From a virus (Duplodnaviria > Heunggongvirae > Uroviricota > Caudoviricetes), in IMG/VR virus record IMGVR_UViG_2565956607_000001, positions 1-18,748 of that record: a stretch of 18,748 bases of DNA; one strand, 5' to 3'. The position numbers and the translations under genes were made by a program. Position 1 is the stretch's first letter; each line of letters starts with the position of its first letter. This document shows positions 9,082 through 17,700 of the stretch, in pieces. The notes beneath the pieces are model-generated. The model had not been told where the DNA came from. It did not search any database and saw only the letters and a list, made by a program, of their open reading frames with translations.

Positions 9082-9798
9082 TTAATTGATGGTGACGGTG
9101 CAATCAGAAGAAGTGATCACAGTGCCATCGGCATCAGTAACCACGCAGGAATAAACCCCGGCATCACCGGATACAGCGCTGGCTTTCGTAAACGTTGCGC
9201 TGGTCTGGCCGCTGACCGTCGAGGTGCCCTTTTTCCAGGCGTAGGTATAAGGTGCCGTACCGCCCTGGACGACCACGCCCATGGTCAGGGCGCTTCCTGC
9301 CGAGACCGTTTGGGACGCCGGAAGGTCAGTAGCAAACGACAGAACTCCTGGGGCGTTAATATTGGTGGGTTTACCTTTCAGACGCAGCGAGAACGTTGCA
9401 GCAACCACGCCATTGGTTTGAGAATCCCAGGTGTGCTGACGTACCTCAGCGCGCATCAGGAATCCATTACCAGACGGGAAAATAACCTTAAACCCATAAA
9501 CCCCGTCGTTATCATATGCTTCACGAAGTGCATCCTGCGCCGGGTTGCGGTAGAAGTTACCGGAAAGTGACATTTCAGACGGAGCAGGAAGGCCGTTGAT
9601 ATTTTCCGTTTCATCCGAACAGAGCGTTGTCACGTCAATATCGTTTTTCTGACCAGCGGTAAAGCTTGCCTGTTTGATAGTGCAACTCAGGTTTAACCAG
9701 GTTGCGGTATCCAGCTCTGCCGCGGTGACCGGCACAGAGGTAATCATTACTACCGTTTTTTGGGCACGTTCAAATAGTGCTGACATCGCAGCCTCCAT
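9082..9798 (-). CDS. Major tail protein with C-terminal Ig-like domain (238 aa from the first ATG; a start at the second ATG, 9786, is more likely)
   Basis: C-terminal roughly 90 aa (TDLPASQTVSAGSALTMG...YSCVVTDADGTVITSSDCTVTIN) has the look of a bacterial Ig-like domain, common on major tail proteins; the first ATG itself contains GGAGG placed 5 nt before the second ATG. Confidence 0.7.
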   Translation of the reverse strand: MEAAMSALFERAQKTVVMITSVPVTAAELDTATWLNLSCTIKQASFTAGQKNDIDVTTLCSDETENINGLPAPSEMSLSGNFYRNPAQDALREAYDNDGVYGFKVIFPSGNGFLMRAEVRQHTWDSQTNGVVAATFSLRLKGKPTNINAPGVLSFATDLPASQTVSAGSALTMGVVVQGGTAPYTYAWKKGTSTVSGQTSATFTKASAVSGDAGVYSCVVTDADGTVITSSDCTVTIN

Positions 9799-9803
9799 AA
9801 ATG

Positions 9804-9823
9804 AAAAAACCGCCAGCGGCGGT
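9804..9823 (-). terminator. Terminator-like hairpin (ACCGCC-gct-GGCGGT then U6) between the tail-completion and major tail genes
   Basis: Read directly on the minus strand: GC-rich 6-bp stem followed by TTTTTT that runs into the major tail start region; could be an attenuator or a transcript 3'-end stabiliser. Confidence 0.4.
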
Positions 9824-9842
9824 CGGATTGGATTGGTTTTTG

Positions 9843-10190
9843 TCAGGCAATGACCGTTATTTCGAGGGTTGCCCGATGAAGATGGGTTGTCGTGTCGTAG
9901 CCAGGAATTTTTGTCACCTCGACAGGTGAAAGAACCTGCAGGCGAGCCAGGGCGTCCAGGCGTAACGCTCTGGCTTCGTCATTCGTTTCAGCCCATACAT
10001 CAACCTGAATGCGCAGTGTCGACTCTGCCTGGCCGCAGAAAACATCCCCGGCAACATCAGTCGGTATCGAGAAAATGACATAGGGAGTGGAAACTGCAGG
10101 AAGTCCGTCGCTGCCTAGCGGCACTACATACGGATAAACCCGCCCGTCTGCCAGCGTCGACAGCAGGTCATAGAGATCATCCTCTGTCAT
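9843..10190 (-). CDS. Tail completion / head-tail joining protein (115 aa)
   Basis: Position immediately upstream of the major tail gene; 4-bp overlap with the preceding gene. Confidence 0.5.
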   Translation of the reverse strand: MTEDDLYDLLSTLADGRVYPYVVPLGSDGLPAVSTPYVIFSIPTDVAGDVFCGQAESTLRIQVDVWAETNDEARALRLDALARLQVLSPVEVTKIPGYDTTTHLHRATLEITVIA

Positions 10191-10636
10191 TTTGATAACA
10201 CCTCATCGATAGCCTGATTCATCCGCTGCATCGCCACCTGCGTAGCTTCTTCCATGCGGGTATCAAAAGCTGGGCGAACAAACGGATGTGCAGGCGCTGT
10301 AGATGTTCCCAACTCCACGAAGCGCCAGTAAAACGCATTCCGCTTGTTGCTGGCCTTCATTGTATTGTCGCTGTTCCCCGTTCGCGGGTTAACGCCACGA
10401 ATATGCACCCCAGATGAAATTTCACCGCGACGGCGACTTTTCTGGGTGACGACAACAACGTTTTTCTTCAGTTTTCCGGATTTCTCAGGAGCGCGATCAA
10501 TCACCTCCTCGCGGAGCAATTCGGCACCAGCACGGGTCGACTCCCGGAGAACTTTGTTATTTTCGGCCTTGCTGAGCGTTTGCAGATCGCGGGCAATATC
10601 CTGCAACCCGGAAAAATCCAGATTCACATCAATCAT
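10187..10636 (-). CDS. HK97 gp10-like tail component (149 aa)
   Basis: Position and size in the connector-to-tail block; 4-bp overlaps on both sides. Confidence 0.55.
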   Translation of the reverse strand: MIDVNLDFSGLQDIARDLQTLSKAENNKVLRESTRAGAELLREEVIDRAPEKSGKLKKNVVVVTQKSRRRGEISSGVHIRGVNPRTGNSDNTMKASNKRNAFYWRFVELGTSTAPAHPFVRPAFDTRMEEATQVAMQRMNQAIDEVLSK

Positions 10637-10971
10637 TTTTCGGTCCCCTGTTTGCAGAGAATTTCCAGCCGGGTGCCTTTGATATCCGGAACCGGAGGCC
10701 CGGTAACGTTAAGAACGGCACCTTTAAACGGGCCGGTGCGTACCTTCAGGCGGGAAGAAGCTGAGATATCTGTACGAAAACGCACCCAGACTCGAATGGT
10801 GGCATCGGCACGCTCAGCGTCAGCGGCTAAAAGTTCACGACCGCTTATACCCTTAACCTCGGCCCAGATGGTTTTCCCATCTTCCCATTTTTCAACCGGC
10901 TGACCTGAAGGCGTTCTGGAGGTGGTGAAGTTTTGGATGGTGACCCGGTGCCGTAATCGTCCTGCCTGCAT
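10633..10971 (-). CDS. Head closure / head-tail adaptor protein (112 aa)
   Basis: Second small gene after the capsid block, ahead of the gp10-like gene; typical order. Confidence 0.55.
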   Translation of the reverse strand: MQAGRLRHRVTIQNFTTSRTPSGQPVEKWEDGKTIWAEVKGISGRELLAADAERADATIRVWVRFRTDISASSRLKVRTGPFKGAVLNVTGPPVPDIKGTRLEILCKQGTEK

Positions 10972-10982
10972 AATTCCCCCGC

Positions 10983-11309
10983 TTAAATACCATAAATCTT
11001 GTAAGGCTGGAGAAGTGCCTCGACAGTAAACGGAATATCTGTAGCAGCCTGACCAACAGAGACCGTTTCACGGTTTTCGTACCAGTGACCGATAAGCAGA
11101 AGCATCGCTGCTTTCACATCATCGCCAGGGAGAATTGAATCAGGATCATCTGCATACCCCTCGCTGGTTTCGGACTCATACATTTTGCGACGAGTCCATG
11201 TTTCGACGTAACGAGAAGCAGCTCCGATGTAGAGGGACAATAGTGAGTCGTCATCGGTAAAGTCAGGCTCAATGCGACAGTGCTCTTTAACCACTTCAAG
11301 TTCTAACAT
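10983..11309 (-). CDS. Head-tail connector protein, gp6-like (108 aa)
   Basis: Acidic protein of typical size, first of the connector genes after the capsid block. Confidence 0.6.
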   Translation of the reverse strand: MLELEVVKEHCRIEPDFTDDDSLLSLYIGAASRYVETWTRRKMYESETSEGYADDPDSILPGDDVKAAMLLLIGHWYENRETVSVGQAATDIPFTVEALLQPYKIYGI

Positions 11310-11515
11310 TATTTTTTAGCCTTCTTCTCTGTCACAGTTTCCGGCTGTTCCGGCTGTTCCGGCTGTTCCGGCTGCGCAGAATTATCAACATCGACCAGCC
11401 GTGCATAGCCCTTTTTGACCAGTTCGCGGCCATGCTGTTCCAGGGTCTCCAGTGGCTCGCCTTCCGTTACCACTACCCCGCCATAGTAAATCGGTTTCAC
11501 CGCGATAAGTTTCAT
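11309..11515 (-). CDS. Small protein (68 aa) with a C-terminal (PEQ)n repeat and a Lys-rich tail; unknown function, possibly head-associated
   Basis: GAGG Shine-Dalgarno before the ATG; directly follows the capsid gene and its hairpin; carries the in-frame 9-bp tandem repeat. Confidence 0.55.
   Translation of the reverse strand: MKLIAVKPIYYGGVVVTEGEPLETLEQHGRELVKKGYARLVDVDNSAQPEQPEQPEQPETVTEKKAKK
11338..11375. repeat. Perfect tandem repeat, 9-bp unit GTTCCGGCT x4 (minus-strand CAG CCG GAA = Q-P-E), inside the 68-aa ORF
   Basis: Read directly; four exact copies plus a partial one. Confidence 0.9.
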
Positions 11516-11524
11516 GGTATTACC

Positions 11525-11549
11525 TCGAAAAGTGCGGCCCGTAGGCCGC
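11525..11549 (-). terminator. Hairpin GCGGCC-tacg-GGCCGC followed by a short U-tract, just after the major capsid gene; possible partial terminator or attenuator
   Basis: Perfect 6-bp GC stem read directly; the downstream U-run is weak (ACUUUUC). Confidence 0.35.
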
Positions 11550-11557
11550 CAGAGAAA

Positions 11558-12775
11558 TTACTGACCGCCAGCAACCGGTACAGTGAAGGAGCCGTAAATA
11601 AATGCCTCCGGCCGTTTTACTGCCAATGCCAATCGCTCTTCACAGCGGATCGAGATCATGTTCTTCTCGAAGTCGTCGGCGTTCTCAGTAGAAATAACAA
11701 CGTTGGCATCTTCACGGTCGAAGAGCTGCGCCGCTGCGTTGAATGCACCGGTCAGGAACTTACCCTGGAATGCCGGCGCTTCGGTCGCCACCACCGGCAG
11801 CCCCCACAGGGTGGGCCCGGTCAGCGCCGCCGGGTTTGCCAGGATATAGCGGCCCAGCGTGTCCTTTGTAAGCTCAATCTTCGCCCAGTCGATAAAGTGC
11901 AGAACGTGACCGGACGCCGGGAAGCGCGCCAGTTGCGCCTGAAGCATAGCGAGACGCAGATCATCAATGCCGTTCTGCTGCTCGACTTCAAAAGCAGCAG
12001 CAAAGGCAGTTGCCTGTGGAACAATGCCGTGAAGATGAACGCCGGTACCGTCTCCGAACAGAATTTCCTGTTCCTCCACATACTTCAGGCCGTAGCGCAT
12101 TTCCGCGTCGACCGTCGACTGCAACTGGGCAAAGTCATCCAGGATCTGTTTGGACGCCTTGAACATGTGTGCGATGGTGGTGACCGGGGTGATTTTGGTT
12201 GCAAACTCAATGTCGCTGTACGGCTTGGTGGTACCCTCTGCGACAACTTTTGCCGCATTAGTAAACCCAGTTTGCTGCACCCAGAAAATTGCAGGCGCGC
12301 CGGTACGACCTGGAGCAATCAGATCACGGATAAACAGTCGCTGTTTTGGCGTGGTATCGATGCCCGGCAAACGCTGGGGTTCAACAACCCCATCAGCAAC
12401 ACCTGTTGAAAGCAGGGCTGCATTAACCGGAATACTCAGGCGCTTGCCACCTTCTACGCTCGCCGCAAAGGTTTTCAATGCTTCGGAGTTAATCACCACC
12501 TGGCCCACGGTTTCGACCACTTTTGCAGCATTTGACAGCGGCATCTGGGCTACGTGCTGCTCCAGTTCGCCGAGCGCGGCTTTGAGGGCCTTTTCTGCCT
12601 CGCGCATGGCGTTAAGTTCAGTCGCCATCTTATCCACTGAAGCCTTTGTCTCTTCAGAAAGCCTGCCGGACTTCTGCGCCTCCTTAAGAGCATCCTCAGC
12701 CTTGGCGTTGAATTTGCTGGTCGCCTCTTCAATTGAGGCGGTTACTTTTTTCAGAATATCGTTTACGTCAGACAT
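11558..12775 (-). CDS. Major capsid protein, HK97-fold (405 aa)
   Basis: Roughly 400-aa protein directly after the prohead protease gene; Ala/Gly-rich, typical of HK97-family capsid proteins. Confidence 0.8.
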   Translation of the reverse strand: MSDVNDILKKVTASIEEATSKFNAKAEDALKEAQKSGRLSEETKASVDKMATELNAMREAEKALKAALGELEQHVAQMPLSNAAKVVETVGQVVINSEALKTFAASVEGGKRLSIPVNAALLSTGVADGVVEPQRLPGIDTTPKQRLFIRDLIAPGRTGAPAIFWVQQTGFTNAAKVVAEGTTKPYSDIEFATKITPVTTIAHMFKASKQILDDFAQLQSTVDAEMRYGLKYVEEQEILFGDGTGVHLHGIVPQATAFAAAFEVEQQNGIDDLRLAMLQAQLARFPASGHVLHFIDWAKIELTKDTLGRYILANPAALTGPTLWGLPVVATEAPAFQGKFLTGAFNAAAQLFDREDANVVISTENADDFEKNMISIRCEERLALAVKRPEAFIYGSFTVPVAGGQ

Positions 12776-12785
12776 ACGTTCTCCG

Positions 12786-13640
12786 TTACTGGCATGCGTT
12801 AGCCAGGCCGCTTAATGCGACATCCAGCTCAGCTAAAATTTCAGGGTTGGGTTGGGTAGCGCGCGGCATACCATCGGGATCGGTAACAGCGCCCGGCGTG
12901 TTACCAGTTAAAGCTTTGATTAATTTCCGGCGTTCAGACCGGGGGGTATTTGTTTTCGCCAGCAGAGCATCAAGTTTGCGAAGCGCAGCTGCAGGTGATT
13001 CGTCGCCGTCGCTGACCGCATCAGCAGAAAGCAGGCTGTCTGCCAGTCCCTTCGCCACAGCATCGCTGCCACCGATATAACTTTCGGCGTCCATCAGTTT
13101 CTGAACGGCGGCAATATCAAGGCCGGATCGCGCCGCGTAGATATCAGCCATTGCGGTATCGAATGGTTCCAGTGACTGTGCCAGTTCAGCAAAGTCAAGG
13201 CGGTTTCCCATCGCGTACACCCAGCAGTTGTGGATCATCAGGAATGCACCGCGGCCAATCTGAATATCATCCCCGGCCATCGCAATTATTGAAGCGGCAC
13301 TGGCGGCAATGCCCAGCACCTTCACCGTTACACGGCCTTCGTATTCACGGAGGAGGTTATAAATAGCCAGACCTTCGAACATGTCGCCGCCCGGCGAGTT
13401 GATATTCACCGTAACATCGGCGCCGTTCATCGCCCGAAGCGCACCGGCAATACGTTTAGCTGTTATCCCTTCCCCCCAGTAGTCCTGCCCTATAACATCA
13501 AAAACAGAAATACTGTTATCGTCGGTGGCCGCCGCCTTGATTCCACCGTCCCAGCGGTCCAGTGCGGACGGTAATGTTTCACAGGTAACGCGCGCGCAGG
13601 GGCGACCCGCCGGCGCCACCGGAAGTTGTTTTTTGCTCAT
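12786..13640 (-). CDS. Prohead maturation protease, ClpP/S14-like (284 aa)
   Basis: ClpP-type motifs (NSPGGDMFEGLAIYN; GIAASAASIIAMAGD) and position between portal and capsid genes. Confidence 0.8.
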   Translation of the reverse strand: MSKKQLPVAPAGRPCARVTCETLPSALDRWDGGIKAAATDDNSISVFDVIGQDYWGEGITAKRIAGALRAMNGADVTVNINSPGGDMFEGLAIYNLLREYEGRVTVKVLGIAASAASIIAMAGDDIQIGRGAFLMIHNCWVYAMGNRLDFAELAQSLEPFDTAMADIYAARSGLDIAAVQKLMDAESYIGGSDAVAKGLADSLLSADAVSDGDESPAAALRKLDALLAKTNTPRSERRKLIKALTGNTPGAVTDPDGMPRATQPNPEILAELDVALSGLANACQ

Positions 13641-13653
13641 CAGGAAAGTGCTC

Positions 13654-14961
13654 CTAAGCGGCCTGTTTCAGCGGAGATTGTTCAAAGGAAATGTCGGGGA
13701 ATACGTGGTTATGCAGCTCTCGCAAAGCCAGAGCCTGAACAGCAGGGTTGCTGCTTTCGAGATTTTTCAGTTGCGTCAGGTTGAGCTGAACGGTGTAAAT
13801 ATCGCCCCCTTCAATCGGCGGCATGTTTTCAAGACGGCGAACGTCATTGCGAGACATCCAGCCATTCTGCAGGGCGCTGGTATAGTAAGCAGCACGACCC
13901 GCACTATCGGCGCGCAGAAGCCCTTCAACGGAGAACTCAGCAAACAAGTCCTCATCACTGTTAAGAAGACAACGCGATATTTCCTGCTCAATATTGACCA
14001 GGAGAGGACGCAGGGTATGAGTCAGGAACAGCATGTTCATCCCTTCAAGACTCGAAGCCCAGCTGGATTGTTTTGTCGTATGGCCGACCATAAATGGCGG
14101 TACGCGAAACCAGCGACAAATTTCCTCAATACTGAATGAACGGCTTTCAAGGAGCTGAGCGGCCTCCGGGTTCATAGTGACATTCTGGTAAGTCAGTTCA
14201 TTTTCGAGAACCATCAGTTTCCCGGCGTTTTTAGAACCAATAAAAGACTGAAGGTTTTGACGCAATCTTTCTCGCTGTTCCTTATTAAGCGCCGTTTTTG
14301 AAGACAGGAAACCAGTACTTTGCAGGCCATTTTCGAAGATTTTTGCCGCGGCTTCATCAACCGACATAGCAGCGCCGAAAACGTCAACCCCGGCCATTGT
14401 CGGCATCATGCCGCACACGCCATCGAGACCAAACCCACGAATATGCATCATCCTGTCTACAGGAATGATCCGCGGAACGCCATTTTCCGTGTAGGTGTAC
14501 TGTAATTTTCCGCTATCGAGTCGCTTTACAACCATTTTCTGAGGAAGAAGCGGAACCATTGATACCAGCTTGTTACCAATGAAAAACTTTTCGACAAAAG
14601 CATTACCACGCAGACAAATGCTGGCCACAATCATCAGCATGAAACGGGAAGGTGTCATTTCCGGGTTAGGGCGCCTGCATAATATCTGGTATGCAAGATT
14701 ATTCTGGGCCAGTTTTCTAGATCCATCTGACTGTCTCTCGTAAATTTTTAGCGGAAGCGTGGATACCGACTCACTCAAGAGCCTCACGCACGCCCAGACG
14801 GTAGAAAGCCTGATAATTTTGTCAGCGGTGACAACTTTTCCGCTACTGCTGGTCCCGAACCACTCCTGCCAGAATTCACCGGTAGTCAGGCCTATGGGAA
14901 CACCAAGCCAGTTTAAAAGGGCGCTCTTAACGCGCCCTGGTTGCTGTTTATTCTTAGCCAT
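13654..14961 (-). CDS. Portal protein (435 aa)
   Basis: Size and position immediately after the large terminase gene; portal stop and TerL start abut at 14961. Confidence 0.8.
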   Translation of the reverse strand: MAKNKQQPGRVKSALLNWLGVPIGLTTGEFWQEWFGTSSSGKVVTADKIIRLSTVWACVRLLSESVSTLPLKIYERQSDGSRKLAQNNLAYQILCRRPNPEMTPSRFMLMIVASICLRGNAFVEKFFIGNKLVSMVPLLPQKMVVKRLDSGKLQYTYTENGVPRIIPVDRMMHIRGFGLDGVCGMMPTMAGVDVFGAAMSVDEAAAKIFENGLQSTGFLSSKTALNKEQRERLRQNLQSFIGSKNAGKLMVLENELTYQNVTMNPEAAQLLESRSFSIEEICRWFRVPPFMVGHTTKQSSWASSLEGMNMLFLTHTLRPLLVNIEQEISRCLLNSDEDLFAEFSVEGLLRADSAGRAAYYTSALQNGWMSRNDVRRLENMPPIEGGDIYTVQLNLTQLKNLESSNPAVQALALRELHNHVFPDISFEQSPLKQAA

Positions 14962-16703
14962 CAGATACCCACTATGATCGGATCGTCAAAAAAGCCCTCA
15001 ATATCACCATCATCAGGCTCGTAACCTTCCGCAGCACCAATTGCCATCGCTGACGCAACCACACCATCTATTCGACCAGTACTCTTTTTCTTGGCGAATA
15101 TGCGGTTTTCTTTTTGGTCGGCTTCGGTTACGGCGGAAGCAGCGTTCCATCGGAGGCAGGGGTTAGTTTTAATAATGATTACGCCATCATCCAGCATCTG
15201 TTCAAAGAGTTCGATGGAATGAGGCATCCACAGTCCTGAATCCTGCGCCTTGTAGTATCCCTGCCCGTGAGGAATAAGCGGTACTGATACAGAAGCGTTT
15301 TCCAGTTCTGGTTCAAGATATTTGATGCGGTACTGGTCGAAGGCGATCGCCTTGATATCGAACAACATGGAAAGATCAGCAATACGTTCAGCAACAAAAC
15401 CATATTTCACCGCCTTTCCTGGCGTAGTATGAATATGGCCTCCCCGTTCCCATGCGTCATAAGGTACGCGGTCTGTTTTCGCTCTATCCAGCAAAGTATC
15501 TTTTGGTGTCCAGAACTCCACCAGCAGCTTTCTTTTTTTAGGGAAAAAGAGCGCCAGAGACGTAAGGTCGCGAGTTCCTGAAAGGTCCAGGCCGCCATAA
15601 CATTCTTCTCCCTGCAGCTCCTGCAGGTCAAAGTCCTCTTCGCACCCCATCCACACATCGCTACTCATCCAGGGGTTATCGGCATCCACCCACTGACAGA
15701 AGTTTAACCGCCGAACAATGCTTTCCTTCGACGGCATCCCCCGAGCCTGAGTAACCTGCTCACGCAGGTAGCGATCGGTAAAAGTATGACCAAGAGAGGG
15801 GTTTGCTTTTTTCCAGCAGGACTCGTCCTTGAATGGGTCTTCTCCTTCGTCCAGGGAGCAAATGAAAGAAAAGAAACTGTCATCCTCAATCGAGCCTTCG
15901 GCAACTTTCCGCCCATACTCGTGATAGTCGTAGCAGACGCTGGTTTTGTCGTGGCCGCTGTTAGTGATCATAAAAATCAACGCCTGGCGACGACCTTTCG
16001 TCCCGGCGCGCATCATTTCCACAACCTGGTTGTTTTTGTGCTCGTGAATTTCGTCAATCAGAGCACAGTGTGGGCGTGGCCCTGACTGCCCATCATCCGA
16101 ACTGATAGGCCGGAAAAATGAGCCGGTCTGAAGAAACGCAAGGTTCCACTCTTTCCCGGCGCCGCCTGATTTATTTATTCGCTGTGCTAACGCAGGGGAC
16201 TGATCCACCATCGCGACAGCATCACGAAAAAGGATCATGGCCTGGTCTTTTTTCGTCGCCGCTGCGTAGACTTCTGCGCGAGGTTCTTTATCGGCAACCA
16301 AACAGTAAAGAGCAATGCCCGCTGCAAGTGGAGATTTGCCAGAACCTTTGCCTGACTCGACGTAAGCCATGCGGTACCGGCGATAGTCGTCTGAGTTTTT
16401 CCAGCCGAATATCGAACCTACAATAAAGCACTGCCACGGCAGCAGGTTAAAGGGTTTTCCCTCATGCTCACCGCCGTTGAGCTTCAGTATTTTTGCAAAA
16501 AAGTCGATGGCACGCTGCGCCGCTGCAACATCCCATACCAACCCGCGAGCATGGCAGGATTCCAAATCCCTGAGATGTCGTTTACAGGAGTTTCTAATAT
16601 CAGGACCGGCGATTTCTTTGCCGGAGTCTACATCCCGCGCATATTGCGTGGCGGGATCAACCGAAGAACTGGTTGAGCGGGTCTTCTTCTTTTTCTCCAC
16701 CAT
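14961..16703 (-). CDS. Terminase large subunit (580 aa)
   Basis: Walker A-like P-loop (VESGKGSGKSPLAAG) near the N-terminus; size; position between small terminase and portal; start overlaps the TerS end by 47 bp in another frame. Confidence 0.85.
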   Translation of the reverse strand: MVEKKKKTRSTSSSVDPATQYARDVDSGKEIAGPDIRNSCKRHLRDLESCHARGLVWDVAAAQRAIDFFAKILKLNGGEHEGKPFNLLPWQCFIVGSIFGWKNSDDYRRYRMAYVESGKGSGKSPLAAGIALYCLVADKEPRAEVYAAATKKDQAMILFRDAVAMVDQSPALAQRINKSGGAGKEWNLAFLQTGSFFRPISSDDGQSGPRPHCALIDEIHEHKNNQVVEMMRAGTKGRRQALIFMITNSGHDKTSVCYDYHEYGRKVAEGSIEDDSFFSFICSLDEGEDPFKDESCWKKANPSLGHTFTDRYLREQVTQARGMPSKESIVRRLNFCQWVDADNPWMSSDVWMGCEEDFDLQELQGEECYGGLDLSGTRDLTSLALFFPKKRKLLVEFWTPKDTLLDRAKTDRVPYDAWERGGHIHTTPGKAVKYGFVAERIADLSMLFDIKAIAFDQYRIKYLEPELENASVSVPLIPHGQGYYKAQDSGLWMPHSIELFEQMLDDGVIIIKTNPCLRWNAASAVTEADQKENRIFAKKKSTGRIDGVVASAMAIGAAEGYEPDDGDIEGFFDDPIIVGI

Positions 16704-17121
16704 CCACTTTCACCTTCGTTCTGGCGGCCGGAGTCAGACCGAATTCAACCAGGTAACTTTTGAAACGGCGATCAGCGTCGGCAAGCATGGCTACCGCCGG
16801 GTTAGCCTTAATCAAAAACCCGCCCTCTGTCTGCACGGTGTAAGTTCGCCCCTCGTCAGCAATAGTCAGGCGAAGCTGCAGAATGTCGGCGTAAATATCG
16901 CAGAGTCGTTCGAGCGCCAGCGTATCGGCAATGGTTAAAATGCCCATGCCATCCAGCAGCACGGTCAGCTTCCCCCACGCCACCTTTCCCCAGTCAGTGA
17001 GGTGCTCTGGAGGGCTTGGGATTTCTCGCGCTGGCGATGGTTCTTTGTCGTTAAGTTTGCGTTTGCCCGGGTTGCCGGTAACCACTTTGAGGTGGGTCGG
17101 TTTCGGGCGTCGTCCTGCCAT
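16657..17121 (-). CDS. Terminase small subunit, P27-type (154 aa)
   Basis: Basic N-terminus (MAGRRPKPTHLKVVTGNPGKRKL), typical size, directly upstream of the large terminase and downstream of the HNH gene. Confidence 0.75.
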   Translation of the reverse strand: MAGRRPKPTHLKVVTGNPGKRKLNDKEPSPAREIPSPPEHLTDWGKVAWGKLTVLLDGMGILTIADTLALERLCDIYADILQLRLTIADEGRTYTVQTEGGFLIKANPAVAMLADADRRFKSYLVEFGLTPAARTKVKVDGGEKEEDPLNQFFG

Positions 17122-17303
17122 CGGAACCTCCCGGAAAAAAACTTTTCATTTCGCGGTTGTGCACAAAAAGGACTGGCGGCGGTCATTTGGGTTCGAGGTT
17201 CTGAACTTTTGACCCGCCCCTCCCCCTCAGATGAGAATTGATATCATTTGATTCAAAATGATTTCATTTACAATCATTCCCCCGCAAAAAATGAGATTAA
17301 ATA
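17122..17303. promoter_or_regulatory. Candidate cos / terminase recognition region: GC-rich tract plus an array of ATCATTT-type repeats
   Basis: A 19-bp imperfect direct repeat (17231-17249 and 17291-17309, 16/19 identical); ATCATTT/AAATGAT in both orientations at about 17243, 17256, 17272 and 17303; GC-rich GACCCGCCCCTCCCCCTCAG at 17211-17230; location between the HNH and TerS genes, where HK97-like phages carry cos. Confidence 0.35.
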
Positions 17304-17645
17304 TCATTTAAACCAATGTGAGTTAGGATCCAGGGGCATTCCGCTCTCATCACAACCGATGACGGTGCCACGCTTCTCCATTCGCTGCTTCGTTGAGTCG
17401 TGGTGCTGCTTGCACAGCCCTTGCCAGTTCTTCCGGCTCCAGAAAAGCTTTTGCGCCTTCGCTATTTCCTGGCTGTCACCAGAGCGCAGAGCCTCTTTCA
17501 GTTTGTGCGGGATGATGTGGTCAACCACCGTTGCCGCTGTCACCCTGCCTTGCTCCTGGCACATGACGCACAAGGGGTGCGCACGTAGGAAGATAAGACG
17601 CTCTCGGTCCCACTTGCTGCCGTAGATACGGGGCTCTTTGTTCAC
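17304..17645 (-). CDS. HNH endonuclease, packaging-associated (113 aa)
   Basis: Two Cys pairs with conserved His (CVMCQ...VDHIIPH...CKQHH); position immediately upstream of TerS; start is GTG with AGGAG 7 nt upstream. Confidence 0.85.
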   Translation of the reverse strand: MNKEPRIYGSKWDRERLIFLRAHPLCVMCQEQGRVTAATVVDHIIPHKLKEALRSGDSQEIAKAQKLFWSRKNWQGLCKQHHDSTKQRMEKRGTVIGCDESGMPLDPNSHWFK

Positions 17646-17700
17646 GTAATCGCTCCTTGAGCATTATCACAGGCGCTCAGCGAGTGCCTGCTGTAATGCC

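Noticed and set aside
11338-11375. Tandem repeat considered as a CRISPR or other non-coding array
   Set aside because: Unit is only 9 bp with no spacers, copies are contiguous and in-frame within an ORF; it is a coding amino-acid repeat.
11432-12409. Long plus-strand ORF (325 aa) antisense to the major capsid gene
   Set aside because: Lies entirely inside a well-supported minus-strand gene in a GC-rich region where long antisense ORFs arise by chance; Arg/Cys/Gln-rich translation typical of non-coding frames; no RBS noted.
12150-12815. Plus-strand ORF (221 aa) antisense to the capsid and protease genes
   Set aside because: Same reasoning: antisense to dense, coherent coding; Ser/Ala-rich low-complexity translation.
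13525-14139. Plus-strand ORF (204 aa) antisense to the portal gene
   Set aside because: Overlaps the portal coding region on the opposite strand; no independent support.
17304-17645. HNH endonuclease as a restriction or defence nuclease
   Set aside because: Small size and placement directly upstream of the terminase genes across a cos-like region match the packaging-associated HNH of HK97-like phages; no partner methylase or specificity gene is present.
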